Both the position numbers and the translations under genes were made by a program. DNA of 64,000 nt from Dendrobates tinctorius (taxonomy: Eukaryota). The stretch is taken from NCBI RefSeq assembly GCF_039654945.1, contig NW_027361696.1:49228001-49292000 (forward strand). Reading direction: 5' to 3'. Below are positions 12,801-26,861 of the stretch, in pieces (positions within the stretch are counted from its first letter, which is position 1; every line of letters begins with the position of its first letter). The notes beneath the pieces were generated by a model. That model saw only the letters and a program-made list of their open reading frames with translations, was not told the DNA's origin and ran no database searches.

Positions 12801-15800
12801 TTTTTTTTGTGTATCAAATACTTATTTTCCCCACTGTAGATAGATAGATAATAGATAAAGGGATAGATAATAAATATACAGATAATAGTTGATAGATAAT
12901 GGATAGATAGATAAATAGATAGATACATATTAGATCGATTAGATGATAGATAGATAATAGACAATATATAGATAGATAATGGATTCATAGATAGATAATA
13001 GGTTAATAGATAATAAATAATATATAATAGATAGATAATAGATAGATAACAGATACATACTAGATCAATAGATGACAGATAATAGATAGATAATAAATTA
13101 ATATATAGATAATAGGTTAATAGATTGATAGATAATAGATTAATAGGTAGATTAATAGATAGGTAATAGATAGACAATAGATAGATACATAATAGATCGA
13201 TAGATAATAGATAGATAATAGATTAATAAATAGATAATAGATAAATAATAGATAATAGATTTGTGCTGAAAACGCACCCCCCCTTGGCTTATACACGAGT
13301 CATTGTCCCAGAAGCCGGCGGGGGAGGGGTGCGGTGGAGCTGAGGGTCACAGGAGGCAGGAGCCAGCGCCTGCAGCTGTAACTGTGCCTACTGCTAAAGA
13401 TAAATGAATATTCAAAGGCAATGAATAATTATTTCTCTTATAGCGCACAAAGTTACAGACGCAGCCGCCGTCTTCCAGCAGCTGTAAAAAAAGAACAACT
13501 CCTACTTACCTTCCCTGCGAGCCCTTGCAGCATCTTTTCCGGCTTCCAACAGCTCCTGCGGCTGAGTGAACACATGTCCCCGGTGAGTGGAGTGAGGTGA
13601 ATATTCATTACCTTAACGAGCGGAGACACGTCATCGGCTGGCCGCAGAAGCTTCTGGAAGCCGGAAGAAAAGATGCTGCGAGGGTGCGAAGGGAAGGTAA
13701 GTAGGAGGGGTTTTTTATGCTTTGCTCATGGAGGGCCATGCATTCAAGGATATGGATGAGCAACCATGCATACCAGGACAGGGATAAGGAACCATGCATA
13801 CAAGGATAGGAATGAGGAGCCATGCATACAAGGACAGGGATGATGAGCCATGCATACCAGGACAGGGATTAGGAGCCATGCATACCAGGACAGGGATTAG
13901 GGGACAATGCATACTCGGCTTATACTCAAGTCAATACGTTTTCCCAGTTTTTTAGCCAACACTAGGTGCCTCGGCTTATAGTAGGGTCGACTTATGCATG
14001 AGCATATATGGTAATAGATAGATAATAGATAGATAATAGATAGAGAGAGAGAGATAAAAGATCAATAGATGATAGATAAGAGATAATAGACAGATGATAG
14101 ATTGATAATAATCGATAGATAGATAGATAGATAGATAATAGATTCATAGATAGATAATAGATAGGTGGATAAATAGATACATTTGTACATGATTGCTTTT
14201 ATCTATATAGATCTATAAATTGCACACCCATTGATCATGTTTTATCTTTCAGTTGCTTCATGGAACTTGACAAAGAACGGATTGAAATGTCCGTTCTGCT
14301 TGCAGGAAGGGCTGAATGGCTGTACACCAAAAAATCAGATCCTGTGTACTGGTTTAGAAGTCATGTGCCTCAAATTTTCAGGTTACTTAAGTTTTGGAGG
14401 TAAAGATAACTTGTTTGAATTGTTTGGTTCTTAATCTTTTCTATTTTTCTTGCCTTATTACAATGCAAATGCTATTACGCGTATAATGTTTGTCCCATGC
14501 CATTATGCAGTATATTAATGTATACTATACCTGCTGTGTAAAATGCTAACCTGATGTTAGGAGCAAACTGTAATGCCTGTATAATGTTTATTGTTGTTGT
14601 TATACTACCTGTGGATCGTGCAGGTGTTTCAGGAGGTGCAGACTCGACGTCATCAACGCTCAACTCGCAATAAATGTACACAAGCCCCTGATATCATCGA
14701 AGAGATCATGAAAGGATTCTTTTTCCCACCAGCAGACATCAGAAACACAGGCTGGAGAGGCAAAAGTTGTGCAGCCCAGCCACAGCCAGGGCCGGTTTTA
14801 GGCAAAGTGGGGCCCTGGGCAAAAGTTTAAAATGGGGCCCCAAATGCTAACATATTGCACATCACACAGAAATATTTCGGTTGTACGATTTACATGTGCT
14901 GAGTTCAGACCCCTAAAGGAGTGTGATCGACAATATTGAAGTCGTTCGCTTGTTTCCCGGCCTCTTTACACCGACTGAGGATGAATAATGGGGACAGAAC
15001 AATTACTAATAGATCAATCTGTCCCCATAAAGTATCATGTTATCAGCAGCACATCTACAGTTTTCACAGGGCATGTGCTGCTGAGAACAATGATTTTTGT
15101 TCCGGCATAAACAAGACAATCTCTCGATGAATAGGCAGCATTTTGTTTGTTTAGTATAATACACCCCATAGTCCTCCACATATTATAATTCACTCTATAG
15201 TCCTCCACATATTATAATACACCCCATAGTCCTCCACATAGTATAATTCACCCCATTGTCCTCCATATAGTATAATGTGCACCACAGTCCTCCATATTGT
15301 ATAATGCACACCCCATAGTCCTCCATATAATATAATGTGCCATATAGACTGCCATATAATATATGTCCCATAGCCCTCCATATAGTATAATACACTTTCC
15401 ATAGTCCTCCATATAGTATAACACACTCCCCATAGTCTTCCATATAGTATAATGAACTCCTCATAGTCCTCCAAATAGTATAATACACTCCTCATAGTCC
15501 TCCATATAGTATAATGCACCCCCACAGTCCTCCATGTAGTACAATTAACTTCCCATAGTATAATGCCCCCCATAGTTCTTCATATAGTATTCCCCATAGT
15601 CCTCAATACATTATAATGCAGGTCCCATGTAGTACATATAGTATAATGCACTGCCCATAGTCCGATAGAGTATAATGCAGCCCCCATAGAGTATAATGCA
15701 GCCACCCCACAGAATATAATGTAGTCCCCTCATAGATCATAATGCAGTCACCCCATATAACATAATGCAGCCACCCCACAGAATGTAATGTAGCCCACTC

Positions 15801-17720
15801 AGAGTATAATGCAGCCCCCATAGAATATAATGTAGCCCCCTCATAGAGTATAATGCAGCCCCCATAGAATATAATGTAGCCCCCTCATAGAGCATAAAGC
15901 AGGACTCACATAGAATAGAATGCAGCCCCATCATAGAATATAATGCAGCCCCCTCATATAGTATAATGCAGGACCCCCATAGAATATAATGTAGCCCTCT
16001 CACAGAGTATAATGCAGCCCTTTCAGTAGAATAAAATGTAGCCCCCTCATATAGTATAATGTAGGCCCCTCAGTCTATAATGCAGCCCCATCATAGAATA
16101 TAATGTTTCCCCCCCATTAGGGTATAATGCAGCCCCCCATAGAATATAATGTATCCCCCTCATAGGGTATAATGCAGCCCCCATAGAATATAATGCAGCC
16201 CCCTTATATAGTATAATGCAGCCCCCATAAACTATAATGTGGCTCCCTCATATAGTATAATAAAGCCTCCTCAGAGTATTATGCAGCCCCCCATCATAGA
16301 ATATAATACAGCCCACCCCTTGTAAAATATCATGTAGCCTCCTACCCTCCTCCATACAATATAATCCAGCCCCACAGTCCAGTACTCACTGATATATTTA
16401 AAAAAAACACTCTCCTCTCCTCATTCCACACACTGCTCCAGGCTTTGCTCCGGTCTCGAACCACCAAAAAATTAATAGGGGCAAAAGAATCAAACAAGCA
16501 AACCAAAGAGAGAAAAAAAACCTTAAAAAATATCTTTTAATTCAATAATTAAAATCTCAGAATTCAATATCAGAAAGCAAAAAACAAAAGAGTGTTAGGT
16601 TCAGACAATTGCTTATCCACAAAAATCTAAATAGATACCCAATTGAAAAGAGGAGGAACTAATCTCACGCTAGTGGGCCCTAGCACTGACCCTACCTGAC
16701 TGCGGAGGTTGGCACCCTAGTTGTTGATGATGTGGCACCCCCGCTTAACATCGGTAGCCCTAGGGACCCTAGGACACCCTACAAACAAACAAAAATTGGG
16801 ATACACAGAAAACACCCCACACACACACCTTTAAATAGCCGAAAAATACCCCTAGTGGGGAGACTAAAAATGTCTAAAGGCCCGCCACTGGCTGGGGTCC
16901 CCTGGGGGAGTGGGGGCCATAGGCAGCTGCCTAGTCTACTTGGCGCTAATGCTGGCCCTGGGGCCAGCAGAAAGTGTCTGCATGACAGCTAGATAGGAAG
17001 TGGGAGTGAGTAGCTCTAACTAGGGCCATAGGAGAGCATGTACAGAGCTTCAGCCTGTACTGATGTTCATGTAGTTTGTCCCACACAAGGTGGCATTAGG
17101 TAATGATATGATAATGACAAAGACAAGGGTAGCCACCACAGAAGGGAGTAGAGAGGTTTATTCTGGGTGAATAGTGCAAATTTTAGTTGACCACAAAGGA
17201 TAAGAAGTAGCCTCAGAGGGAGTTTGTATGCTTATGCCTCAGTGTGAAGAAAGTTGCCACGACAGAGTGAGAGTGAATCCTGAGTGTGAGGAACTGACAT
17301 GCAGTAACAGTGTGAGTAGACCGCAGGGGTAGGCAGTAGTTTAGTTATCTAAATTAAAATATCAAAGATATATCCACATATCCACATCCAATGAAGGTAA
17401 CCCTAAGACTGCTATCCAATTAACATAGAAACAGCGCCACTCTTTTCCGTGGCTTGTGTCTGGTATTGCAACTCCGCCTCATTAATTTCCAGTAAGACAC
17501 AAGATGACAGATTTGACCAACGAAAAATTAAGTGTTTGAAATTTGTATCTTTTTTTCAGAAACATGGAAAGATATTTCATTTCAAGGTTGTGCCACTCCA
17601 AGCGCCTGTCCGGCCACCCCGTCATCGCCAGATCCAGAGAGTAAAATCATGATCAGCTGCACTAAAGGCTTCCACCACTGCTTTGAAGAGGGCGACAACA
17701 GCCTCCCTGTCATCAGCTAA
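3804..17720 (+). CDS. Gene A: secreted two-domain Ly6/uPAR (three-finger) protein, PLI-gamma / sodefrin-precursor-like / PINLYP-like, 5 exons, 207 aa
   Basis: join(3804..3852,5731..5850,10023..10169,14253..14399,17560..17720) = 624 nt, all GT-AG phase-1 introns, open frame: [207 protein letters not shown]. Signal peptide; 10-Cys LU domain ending CCxxxxCN; second domain NGxxCPxC...GCAT; no hydrophobic GPI tail. Confidence 0.9.
4270..4558 (+). mobile_element. 3' end of an L2-type LINE/SINE
   Basis: TAGATTGTAAGCTC...GCGGAAAATGTTGGCGCTATATAAATAAAG followed by a (TTA)n tail. Confidence 0.55.
5731..5850 (+). CDS. Gene A exon 2 (LU domain 1, N-half)
   Basis: TTTTAG acceptor, SSLICETC...TC...EC...SC, donor GTAAGT; 120 nt; absent from the ORF track. 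Confidence 0.9.
6932..7119. mobile_element. hAT-like palindromic MITE
   Basis: CAGTGTTCCCC..ACTCCAG / CTGGAGTTGGGGAACACTG termini with long internal inverted repeat; a related copy lies at ~24954-25079. Confidence 0.65.
7485..7835. mobile_element. Fold-back MITE
   Basis: TTTACAGCTCGTTGCCTAGGAGACCGACCACTGCTGC is mirrored by GCAGCAGTGGTTGGTCTCCAAGGCAACGAGCTGTAAA. Confidence 0.6.
8016..8050 (-). ncRNA. Minimal hammerhead ribozyme motif, probably from a second Penelope-like remnant (~7960-9330, minus strand)
   Basis: Minus strand reads CTGATGA-A-GATCCA-ctgc-TGGATC-GAAA-ACGTT-TA: perfect 6-bp stem II and palindromic AACGTT stem III. Confidence 0.6.
9338..9835 (+). mobile_element. 5'-truncated Penelope-like retroelement (GIY-YIG C-terminus plus 3' pLTR region)
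   Basis: 9338-9478 encodes [42 protein letters not shown], resembling the PLE endonuclease C-terminus; hammerhead motif downstream. Confidence 0.7.
9706..9740 (+). ncRNA. Minimal (Penelope-type) hammerhead ribozyme motif
   Basis: CTGATGA-A-GAGAC-ctgagta-GTCTT-GAAA-GCTT with palindromic stem III. Confidence 0.55.
10023..10169 (+). CDS. Gene A exon 3 (LU domain 1, C-half)
   Basis: KSC...IC...KCCNTDHCN; CTAG acceptor, GTGAGT donor; 147 nt. Confidence 0.9.
10301..10443. other. Assembly gap (143 N) in gene A intron 3
   Basis: Run of N. Confidence 0.99.
10452..11442. mobile_element. Fold-back DNA transposon derivative with ~385-bp arms carrying transposase fragments (tentatively Sola2-like)
   Basis: Arms 10452-10834 and 11049-11442 are near-perfect inverted repeats starting TAGGGTGACC. 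They encode [20 protein letters not shown]; the spacer encodes [15 protein letters not shown]. Confidence 0.65.
11881..12836 (+). mobile_element. Internally deleted Tc1 transposon
   Basis: CAATGGGGAAAAATAAGTATTTG / CAAATACTTATTTTCCCCACTG TIRs, TA flanks, [12 protein letters not shown]-terminus fused to [12 protein letters not shown]-terminus. Confidence 0.9.
12837..14180. repeat. Degenerate (GATA)n/(GATAATA)n microsatellite, interrupted at ~13261-14010 by a pogo/Tigger-like non-autonomous element
   Basis: TAGATAGATAA runs; internal element with CTTATACTC(G/A)AGT subterminal motifs and CCATGCATAC repeats. Confidence 0.7.
14253..14399 (+). CDS. Gene A exon 4 (LU domain 2, N-half)
   Basis: NGLKCPFC...GC...LCTG...MC; TTTCAG acceptor, GTAAAG donor; 147 nt. 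Confidence 0.9.
14787..16960. mobile_element. Non-autonomous hAT-like element with internal ~25-bp minisatellite (15155-16380)
   Basis: Termini CAGGGCCGG / CTGGCCCTG; tandem CCCCATAGTCCTCCATATAGTATAAT and CCCCCATAGAATATAATGCAG units. Confidence 0.55.
17560..17720 (+). CDS. Gene A exon 5 (LU domain 2 C-half, stop)
   Basis: TTTTTTCAG acceptor; [10 protein letters not shown]...ISCT; TAA stop. Confidence 0.88.
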
Positions 17721-17764
17721 ACATTTCTTCCAACATCAGAAAAACACATTTGGAGGGGAAGACT

Positions 17765-17770
17765 AATAAA
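17765..17770 (+). terminator. Probable polyadenylation signal of gene A
   Basis: AATAAA 45 nt after the stop codon. Confidence 0.55.
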
Positions 17771-17954
17771 AACAGACAATTCTATAAAATATAACAATGT
17801 TGAGGGTGTGATCAATGAATAGAATTTCTAGAGCAGGTTCTCAGTTCTCTATGTGCTGACATCACTTCACATTCTCTCTCTCTTGATGCCTGCTGAGTGA
17901 GTGTGGTCTTCCTGGTGCCATGTTCAGCCAATCAGAGCACTCACTGCTCTGTTT

Positions 17955-19820
17955 CCCCTCCCCTTCCCACTTGCAGTCTCACAGACACAAATACTGCAGC
18001 TGCATCTCCCTCCTCATTGTCTCTTACTCATCCGTCAGTATTTTTGAAGGAATGAAGAGGTGTCTCAGGATAATAGCACCTCAATGGGGTTGTGTATTCT
18101 TCTGAAAAGCCTAATTATTAAACATTTTATTCAATAATCAGTCACCAAATAGGAACATTTAAAAAAATTGTCAATTTCCATAAATATGTAACCTGTTCCA
18201 AATGCCGATGTTCTCCTGAATCTGGCATTGTCTTTATTTTGTTCGTGTGCCTCTCCCTCCGTTCCTGAGATCTGACCTCATTTACCTTCTGTGTCAGGCA
18301 AGATTTGTTAGCCAAATGGGCATGGTCCTCAATACTTTTTTTGTGCGTGTATTCTTGATGACCACACCCCTTTGGCTGATAAGAGTAGATTTATCCAGAG
18401 CGAAGAGGGAAATAAAGTTTCCCCTCCCCTTCCCACTTGCAGTCTCACAGACACAAATACTGCAGCTGCATCTCCCTCCTCATTGTCTCTTACTCATCCG
18501 TCAGTATTTTTGAAGGAATGAAGAGGTGTCTCAGGATAATAGCACCTCAATGGGGTTGTGTATTCTTCTGAAAAGCCTAATTATTAAACATTTTATTCAA
18601 TAATCAGTCACCAAATAGGAACATTTAAAAAAAATTGTCAATTTCCATAAATATGTAACCTGTTCCAAATGCCGATGTTCTCCTGAATCTGGCATTGTCT
18701 TTATTTTGTTCGTGTACCTCTCCCTCCGTTCCTGAGATCTGACCTCATTTCCCTTCTGTGTCAGGTAAGATTTGTTAGCCAAATGGGCATGGTCCTCAAC
18801 GATTTTTTTGTGCGTGTATTCTTGATGACCACACCCCTTTGGCTGATAAGAGTAGATTTATCCAGAGTGAAGAGGGAAATAAAGTATCCCCTCCCCTTCC
18901 CACTTGCAGTCTCACAGACACAAATACTGCAGCTGCATCTCCCTCCTCATTGTCTCTTACTCATCCGTCAGTATTTTTGAAGGAATGAAGAGGTGTCTCA
19001 GGATAATAGCACCTCAATGGGGTTGTGTATTCTTCTGAAAAGCCTAATTATTAAACATTTTATTCAATAATCAGTCACCAAATAGGAACATTTAAAAAAA
19101 ATTGTCAATTTCCATAAATATGTAACCTGTTCCAAATGCCGATGTTCTCCTGAATCTGGCATTGTCTTTATTTTGTTCGTGTACCTCTCCCTCCGTTCCT
19201 GAGATCTGACCTCATTTCCCTTCTGTGTCAGGTAAGATTTGTTAGCCAAATGGGCATGGTCCTCAACGATTTTTTTGTGCGTGTATTCTTGATGACCACA
19301 CCCCTTTGGCTGATAAGAGTAGATTTATCCAGAGTGAAGAGGGAAATAAAGTATCCCCTCCCCTTCCCACTTGCAGTCTCACAGACACAAATACTGCAGC
19401 TGCATCTCCCTCCTCATTGTCTCTTACTCATCCGTCAGTATTTTTGAAGGAATGAAGAGGTGTCTCAGGATAATAGCACCTCAATGGGGTTGTGTATTCT
19501 TCTGAAAAGCCTAATTATTAAACATTTTATTCAATAATCAGTCACCAAATAGGAACATTTAAAAAAAATTGTCAATTTCCATAAATATGTAACCTGTTCC
19601 AAATGCCGATGTTCTCCTGAATCTGGCATTGTCTTTATTTTGTTTGTGTACCTCTCCCTCCGTTCCTGAGATCTGACCTCATTTCCCTTCTGTGTCAGGT
19701 AAGATTTGTTAGCCAAATGGGCATGGTCCTCAACGATTTTTTTGTGCGTGTATTCTTGATGACCACACCCCTTTGGCTGATAAGAGTAGATTTATCCAGA
19801 GCGAAGAGGGAAATAAAGTT
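17955..19820. repeat. Tandem repeat, 4 copies of 466-467 bp, near-identical
   Basis: Unit start CCCCTCCCCTTCCCACTTGCAG at 17955, 18421, 18888 and 19355. Confidence 0.95.
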
Positions 19821-21565
19821 CTTTGAGTAATACAAAATAGTTTTAAAGGGGAAGTTGAGGCTTAAGGAGGTTGTCTGTTTGGTGGTGCACTGCTAGCTTC
19901 TCTCTTTCTTGGGGGTGGTGCATTCCCGATGATTGATAGCTCAGGTCAGTAGCATGGTCACGCTGCTGGCTTGTACTGTGCATATTCTGATGCTGCAAGC
20001 AGAGGCAACAAAGGGGCACTACAGCTCATGTGATCAAGGGATCTAGTTAAGATTTACAGCAGTGCTTACAAGCTCTATAGCAAAGAACTGGAAGAACTCC
20101 TTGCTTAGGAGAGCGACCACCACAAATGGACTGTAGAGGTAGCTGGCAACCCAGGCAATGAGCAGTACACTATAAAATCAAAAAATCCTCCATTCTTGAG
20201 AACAGAGAGGAAACTGAATAAGAAGTAAATTGCTAAGTTGCTCATTTGTACAATTACTTTGCCATTGTACCCTTTTAAGAATTCGAGACAACCGGTTCAG
20301 GCTCTGACCACAAGTTTAATAGTATAATTTAACTTTTTTTCATTTTTAATTTCAGAGTTCAATGCGATAGAAAAAATTGAGTAATTTTGTTTTACGGATT
20401 GCTTACTTAGTTGGAGTTACTTAAAGGGGTTTTCTGGGACTTTAATAGTTTTGACCTATTAGAACAGATCATTAAGGATCAGATGCACCAATAAGGAGAT
20501 AAAAGCAGCACAGCACATTATGTTCTCTAGTGGCTGTGATTGTTACTGCAAGTTCTTTCCCATATAAGTAAATGTCAGTACCATTCATGGCCTCTACGTA
20601 GTATACAGCTATGAGCCACTTATGGTGCGCAAACCTCCTTAAACCCCATCACGACATAGACAGTATCCGTTTTTGCGTTTTTGTTTTTTTCCTCTCCTTC
20701 TTCCCTGAGCCACACACTTTTTTTAATTTTCTGTCCACATAGACATATGAGGGCTTTTTTTTGCAGGACGAGTTGTACATTTGACTAAAACACCATTCAT
20801 TTTTCCACATAGTGCACTGTAAAAACGGGACAAAAATTCCAAGTTTTTTTAAAATTGTTTTTACGGTGTACCTTTAGTGGCAGAAATGACCTTAAAATAT
20901 AATTATGCTCATCAGTCTGTTTACAACGATACCAAATATGTGTATTTTTTTTATTTTAGTGGTGAAAAAAAAATCCAAATTTTACAAAAAAAATGTTGAG
21001 GGTGTTTTCGCCATTTTCTGAAATCAGTGACGTTTTCATTTTTGGATGGAGCTGTGTGATGGGTTATTGATACCATTTTGGGATATATGACGTTTTGATC
21101 ACCTATTACCGCAATTTTTGTGGTATTTCAGTGACTAAAAAATACTACATTTGGTGTTCTTGAATTTTTTTTTTGCTTACAGATCTGGTTATTTATTTTT
21201 ATATTTTAACAGATTGGACATTACTGAACATGAAGATACCACATGTGTATTTTTTTAATTTGTTTATTATTTTCATTTTTAATGGAGGTTATTAAACTTT
21301 TTTTATATATATTTTTCATATTTAAAAAAAATAATAACTTTCCCCTATACTCGTCAGTCCACTTAAGGACTATAATCTGTGATTGTCTTAATGCTTGTGC
21401 TTTATACAGCAATTGACCTGCTCACCCAGGCTCTAGGCGAGTAGAAGAACGGGATCCATTAGATCACTTATAATGTGAAAATAGCAAAATCCAACTTCTT
21501 AAAATTGCAAACATTTTATTGGAAAAAGTCAATGAAAAATTGCATGTAGAGCAACGTGTTTTAAA

Positions 21566-21954
21566 TGTAGTTTCACACTCCGCTTACGGCCATGCCTCTT
21601 CCGGTCAGACGTATGACGCTGCATGCGACCTGCGTACCCTATCTTTAGCATTGGGTAAGCAGGCCGTGTGCAGTTATGCGTTTGCCAGCGCATGCGTCCT
21701 TTTGGCAGTGCGCTGATCGCACCAAAATGCAACACAGTGTGCTTGGCGCAGGTCGGCGCGCTGTCAAAAGGACGCATGTGCCAACAAATGCATATCTGCG
21801 CATGGCCTGCATACCCAATGCTGAAGATAGTGTACGCAGGTCGCATGCAGCGTCATGCACCCATAGGCGGAGCTGACCGGAAGAGGCATGGCCGTGGGCG
21901 GAGCTTCACGGCGGCTGTGCGCAGCTCCTGGAAACGCTAGTGTGAAACTAGCCT
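21566..21954. mobile_element. PIF/Harbinger MITE
   Basis: TAGTTTCACAC...GTGTGAAACTAGCC|TAA with internal palindrome. Confidence 0.65.
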
Positions 21955-22649
21955 AAGTCAGACCGAATGCAAGATATAAAAATAATGAAGGTGAGGCATA
22001 CAATCACATGATTTACACATATGGAAACGTAACAATGAAGCATTAAAAACATCAGAAAAGATGCAAAATTGTAAAAAGCAAAGCAAATCTGTGAGTGTTA
22101 AAAATACAATTAAAAAAAAGAACAACAATTCAATAGTGGAACATAAGATCCTTCCACATATTTCGACCGTTCAGGTGACGTATTCAAAATATCCAATATT
22201 CTTCACTGTCACATAAATCCCTTCTGATTCCAACTCTCAAAGTTATGAATACAATCCCAAACACTTGAAACGATTGGGTCTCACGATGGTCCTGTGTCGA
22301 CTATCACCGCACTTGACAAATCCTGTGCAGTTGAGCCAAGTGTGGCCTTGTGTCGACGATTTAGGCGAGTTGGAAAACAGAATGTTGCCCAAGGTTTTTG
22401 CTATTACTGAGCAACCATAAATGAGAATTTTAGAGATGATAATAATATCCTCATGTAATAATGGTAAATAATTCAATATGATGTTTTTGATTTCATAAAA
22501 TTGAGGACTAAATTGAAGGGAGAGAACCGGTTTGTTATTTAGAAAATGTCTTTGTTAGGGTACTCACATGATTAAATCTGAGCGATTTTTTTTCCATGAA
22601 CTACAGTGACGAGCAAAAGGGTAACAATGTTTTGAACTTTTGACTTTCA

Positions 22650-24025
<1,376 letters not shown>

Positions 24026-24708
24026 TAACTGCAATTACATTGATGTGGATGAACTCACCAACCGGTACCGCCTAATTAGTGTGTTTTGGATGTCCATTGG
24101 CCCTTTGTTTCTCTTTATTCAACAGCCGCCCAAGAGATGCAGCAGCAGCAGCACTGGCAGCAGCAGCAGCACCACCCACAGGCATGGAGTCTGGCCAGCA
24201 GGAGGACACCACATCTTCTTCTGGGAGCCCTCCCTCGCATCGTCAGCGTTTGACGGTAAGTTTTTATTTCCAAAATCCATCATCTCTGTAATATATGTCT
24301 ATTCATTGGCTTTTATTTCAAAACAGGAATCAGGAGCTCCCAGAAGAAGAAGAAAGGGGTGGACAAACACCTGGAGTGGGCTCACAATTGGTAAGTTTTT
24401 TGCATCAAACGCAGAAACACAATATCACACTACACACAACACATAGAAAACAATGTACCGCAGACATCACACAGCAAACAAATATGCCAACATCCAAACA
24501 CATAAATATTTTTCTTTTCTTCTCTAGTCTTCCCAATCTGGTGCTCGGCCAAGAGGTCCTCGCAGTGCCTCCCAGGGTCGTCGGCGACAGCAACGCGGCG
24601 GTCACCAGCGTGTAATTATAATATTTAAGTTAAATTTTGGTACACTTTTTATTTCATGTCTTAAAGTGTGGTGCCTAATTTTGCTATTTTTCTCTTTTAC
24701 TTTAACAG

Positions 24709-26365
24709 CCTTCACAGCGTGCTCCCGACTCTGACGGTGAGGATGGAGGAATAGATGTGGACCACCTCATCGATCTCGTCAGAGAAAGGGAGCCGCTATG
24801 GAATATGGCTGACCGCCGCCATGCTGACCTGATAGTTACCCGACGGCTCTGGGAGGAAATCTGTTCGCTCCTTGTGGACCGCTGGGAGGACCTCGATGCT
24901 CGGGCCCAGATTAAAGAGCGTAAGTATATACAGTACCTGTTGCTTGATGTAAACAAGTGTTTCCCGAACTCCAGTCCTCGTGGTCCCCACGGATCATGTG
25001 TTCAGGATTTCTATTTACTATGAAAATCCTGAAAACATGACCCCTGGGGACCATGAGGACTGGAGTTTGGGAAACACTGATGTTGTATACTAACCACTTT
25101 GTCCTTTCTCGTTTCAGGGGAGAGAATTGTGAAGCAGTGGCTGTCTGTGAGGGATCGTTTCAAGAAGGAGTTCAATAAAGAGATGCGGGCCCCGAGTGGA
25201 TCTGGAGGACGCAGGAGCAAGTACAAGTACGCACAAGCCCTGTCGTTCCTCCGGGATACAATGGTCACCAGAAGGTAAATATTACACACCACATGTAAAA
25301 AAAAAAATGTTTAGATGTAAAAAAAAATTTTCAGCCAGGGCCATGCCATGTCACTATTTTAATTGTTTTTTTTTCTCTTTATTCCACAGCACGGTGAGCA
25401 GCACTTGGGAGCCTGCACGGTTGGACCCTTCTGAGGCGATCCCTGAGGAGACCGGCACCGAGGGACACTTCGACCGCCCCGGTACAACTGCACCTTCCCA
25501 GCCTTCCCACACATTAGACCCATCTGTCCCATCCACCAGCACCGGAGCATCGTGGCCGACAACATTCCATGGAGCTGCTGGTGAGGAGATCGCTTTCCCT
25601 TTACCCCACCCTTCTGTCCCTGCCACCTCTAGTACACCTGCAGGTACTGGGCGGCAGCGGCAGAGGGGTCAGGAAAAGAGTTATGCGCCAGAGTTCTTGC
25701 ATCTGAATGCATCTTTCCAGAACAGTCTAAAAGTCTTGTCAGAGCAAATCTCCGCAGGCTTTCAGCAGATCAACTCCAGCATTCTGGAGGTGAAGACACT
25801 TCTGCAAACCATGCATTCAGAAGCAAGATCTTCGCCAAACCACACCTTTTTCAGGTCTGTTGTGGAGCGCATGGAAACGCTCTCTCCTAGCCAGCAGATG
25901 CATGTAATGCATTCGTGCCACGGTGCTCTCCAGCACGTTACCTCCCAACCTCCTCCTCCCACCCCAGTAGTTCCTCCACCTGCACCCCCTCCAGCCACTT
26001 TCCATCCTCCCCCTCCTATTACATACCAGCCACCTCCCCAGTACCAGCAACCTCCCCTTTACCAGACATCTCCCCACTTCCAGCAACCTGCCCCGTACCA
26101 AACTCCTTCCCCGTACCAAACTCCTTCCCCATACCACTTTCCATCCACATCATCTGCTCCTACAGTCCCTGCCCAACCCTCCACTCCACCACCCACCACC
26201 TCTTCTGCCTCCCACATGTCCACCCATTCTCTAGCTTTTTCCACACCTTCACCTCTAACTGTTCCTTCCCCACCACGATCCCAGTCCTCTCTCCACACTC
26301 CCAGTGTCGAAGTGTCCCGCAGCCCCTCCAGCAGTATTTTCACCCCACACTACACAAATTTATAA
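24709..26365 (+). CDS. Harbinger MADF/Myb-SANT-like DNA-binding protein (spliced; additional small upstream exons likely)
   Basis: Exons 24709-24919, 25118-25274 and 25390-26365: LIDLVREREPLWNMADRRH...LWEEI...VKQWLSVRDRFKKE...YKYAQALSFL, a BESS-like FFRSV segment and a Pro-rich tail. Confidence 0.8.
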
Positions 26366-26861
26366 TGTGTGTATTTTAATAAAAAAGACCAGTTTTATGG
26401 TTTCAAAGCTTTATTAAAAAAGTTTATTTAAATTTAAAAACAGTTTACTCAAAAAAATTATTGTTTACACTGGTTGTCTGTCATTTCTTTCTGCGGCGAA
26501 ATATGTTAAAAAAAAAAAGGTTAAATACAGGGTATTTAAAAGGTAAAAAGGTATTCAAAACCAGGTATATAATTGTGGGTGAAAGGTAAATAAATTTTAG
26601 CTTTTTGCCACAGTTGTGTTCCTGGTTGTGTTTGAAGCAAAGTATTTCACCTAAAAAGTTGTGTTTATTGTTGGTGATTTCCTAACAATGTACACAACTT
26701 TTGTTAAAAGGTGAAATACTTTGCATAAAACACAACCAGGTACACACCTGTGGCCTAAAGGTAAAAATAGTAAGACCATGACAAGATAGCCAACTTTGGT
26801 TGGCAAAGGTATATACTGTTGGTACAGAAGGTACACAAGTTTGGTTAAGGGCACAAATCTT

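Noticed and set aside
15190-16003. Repetitive Tyr/Met-rich ORFs (also 12725-13177, 55139-56047, 56915-57975)
   Set aside because: Translations of micro- and minisatellites.
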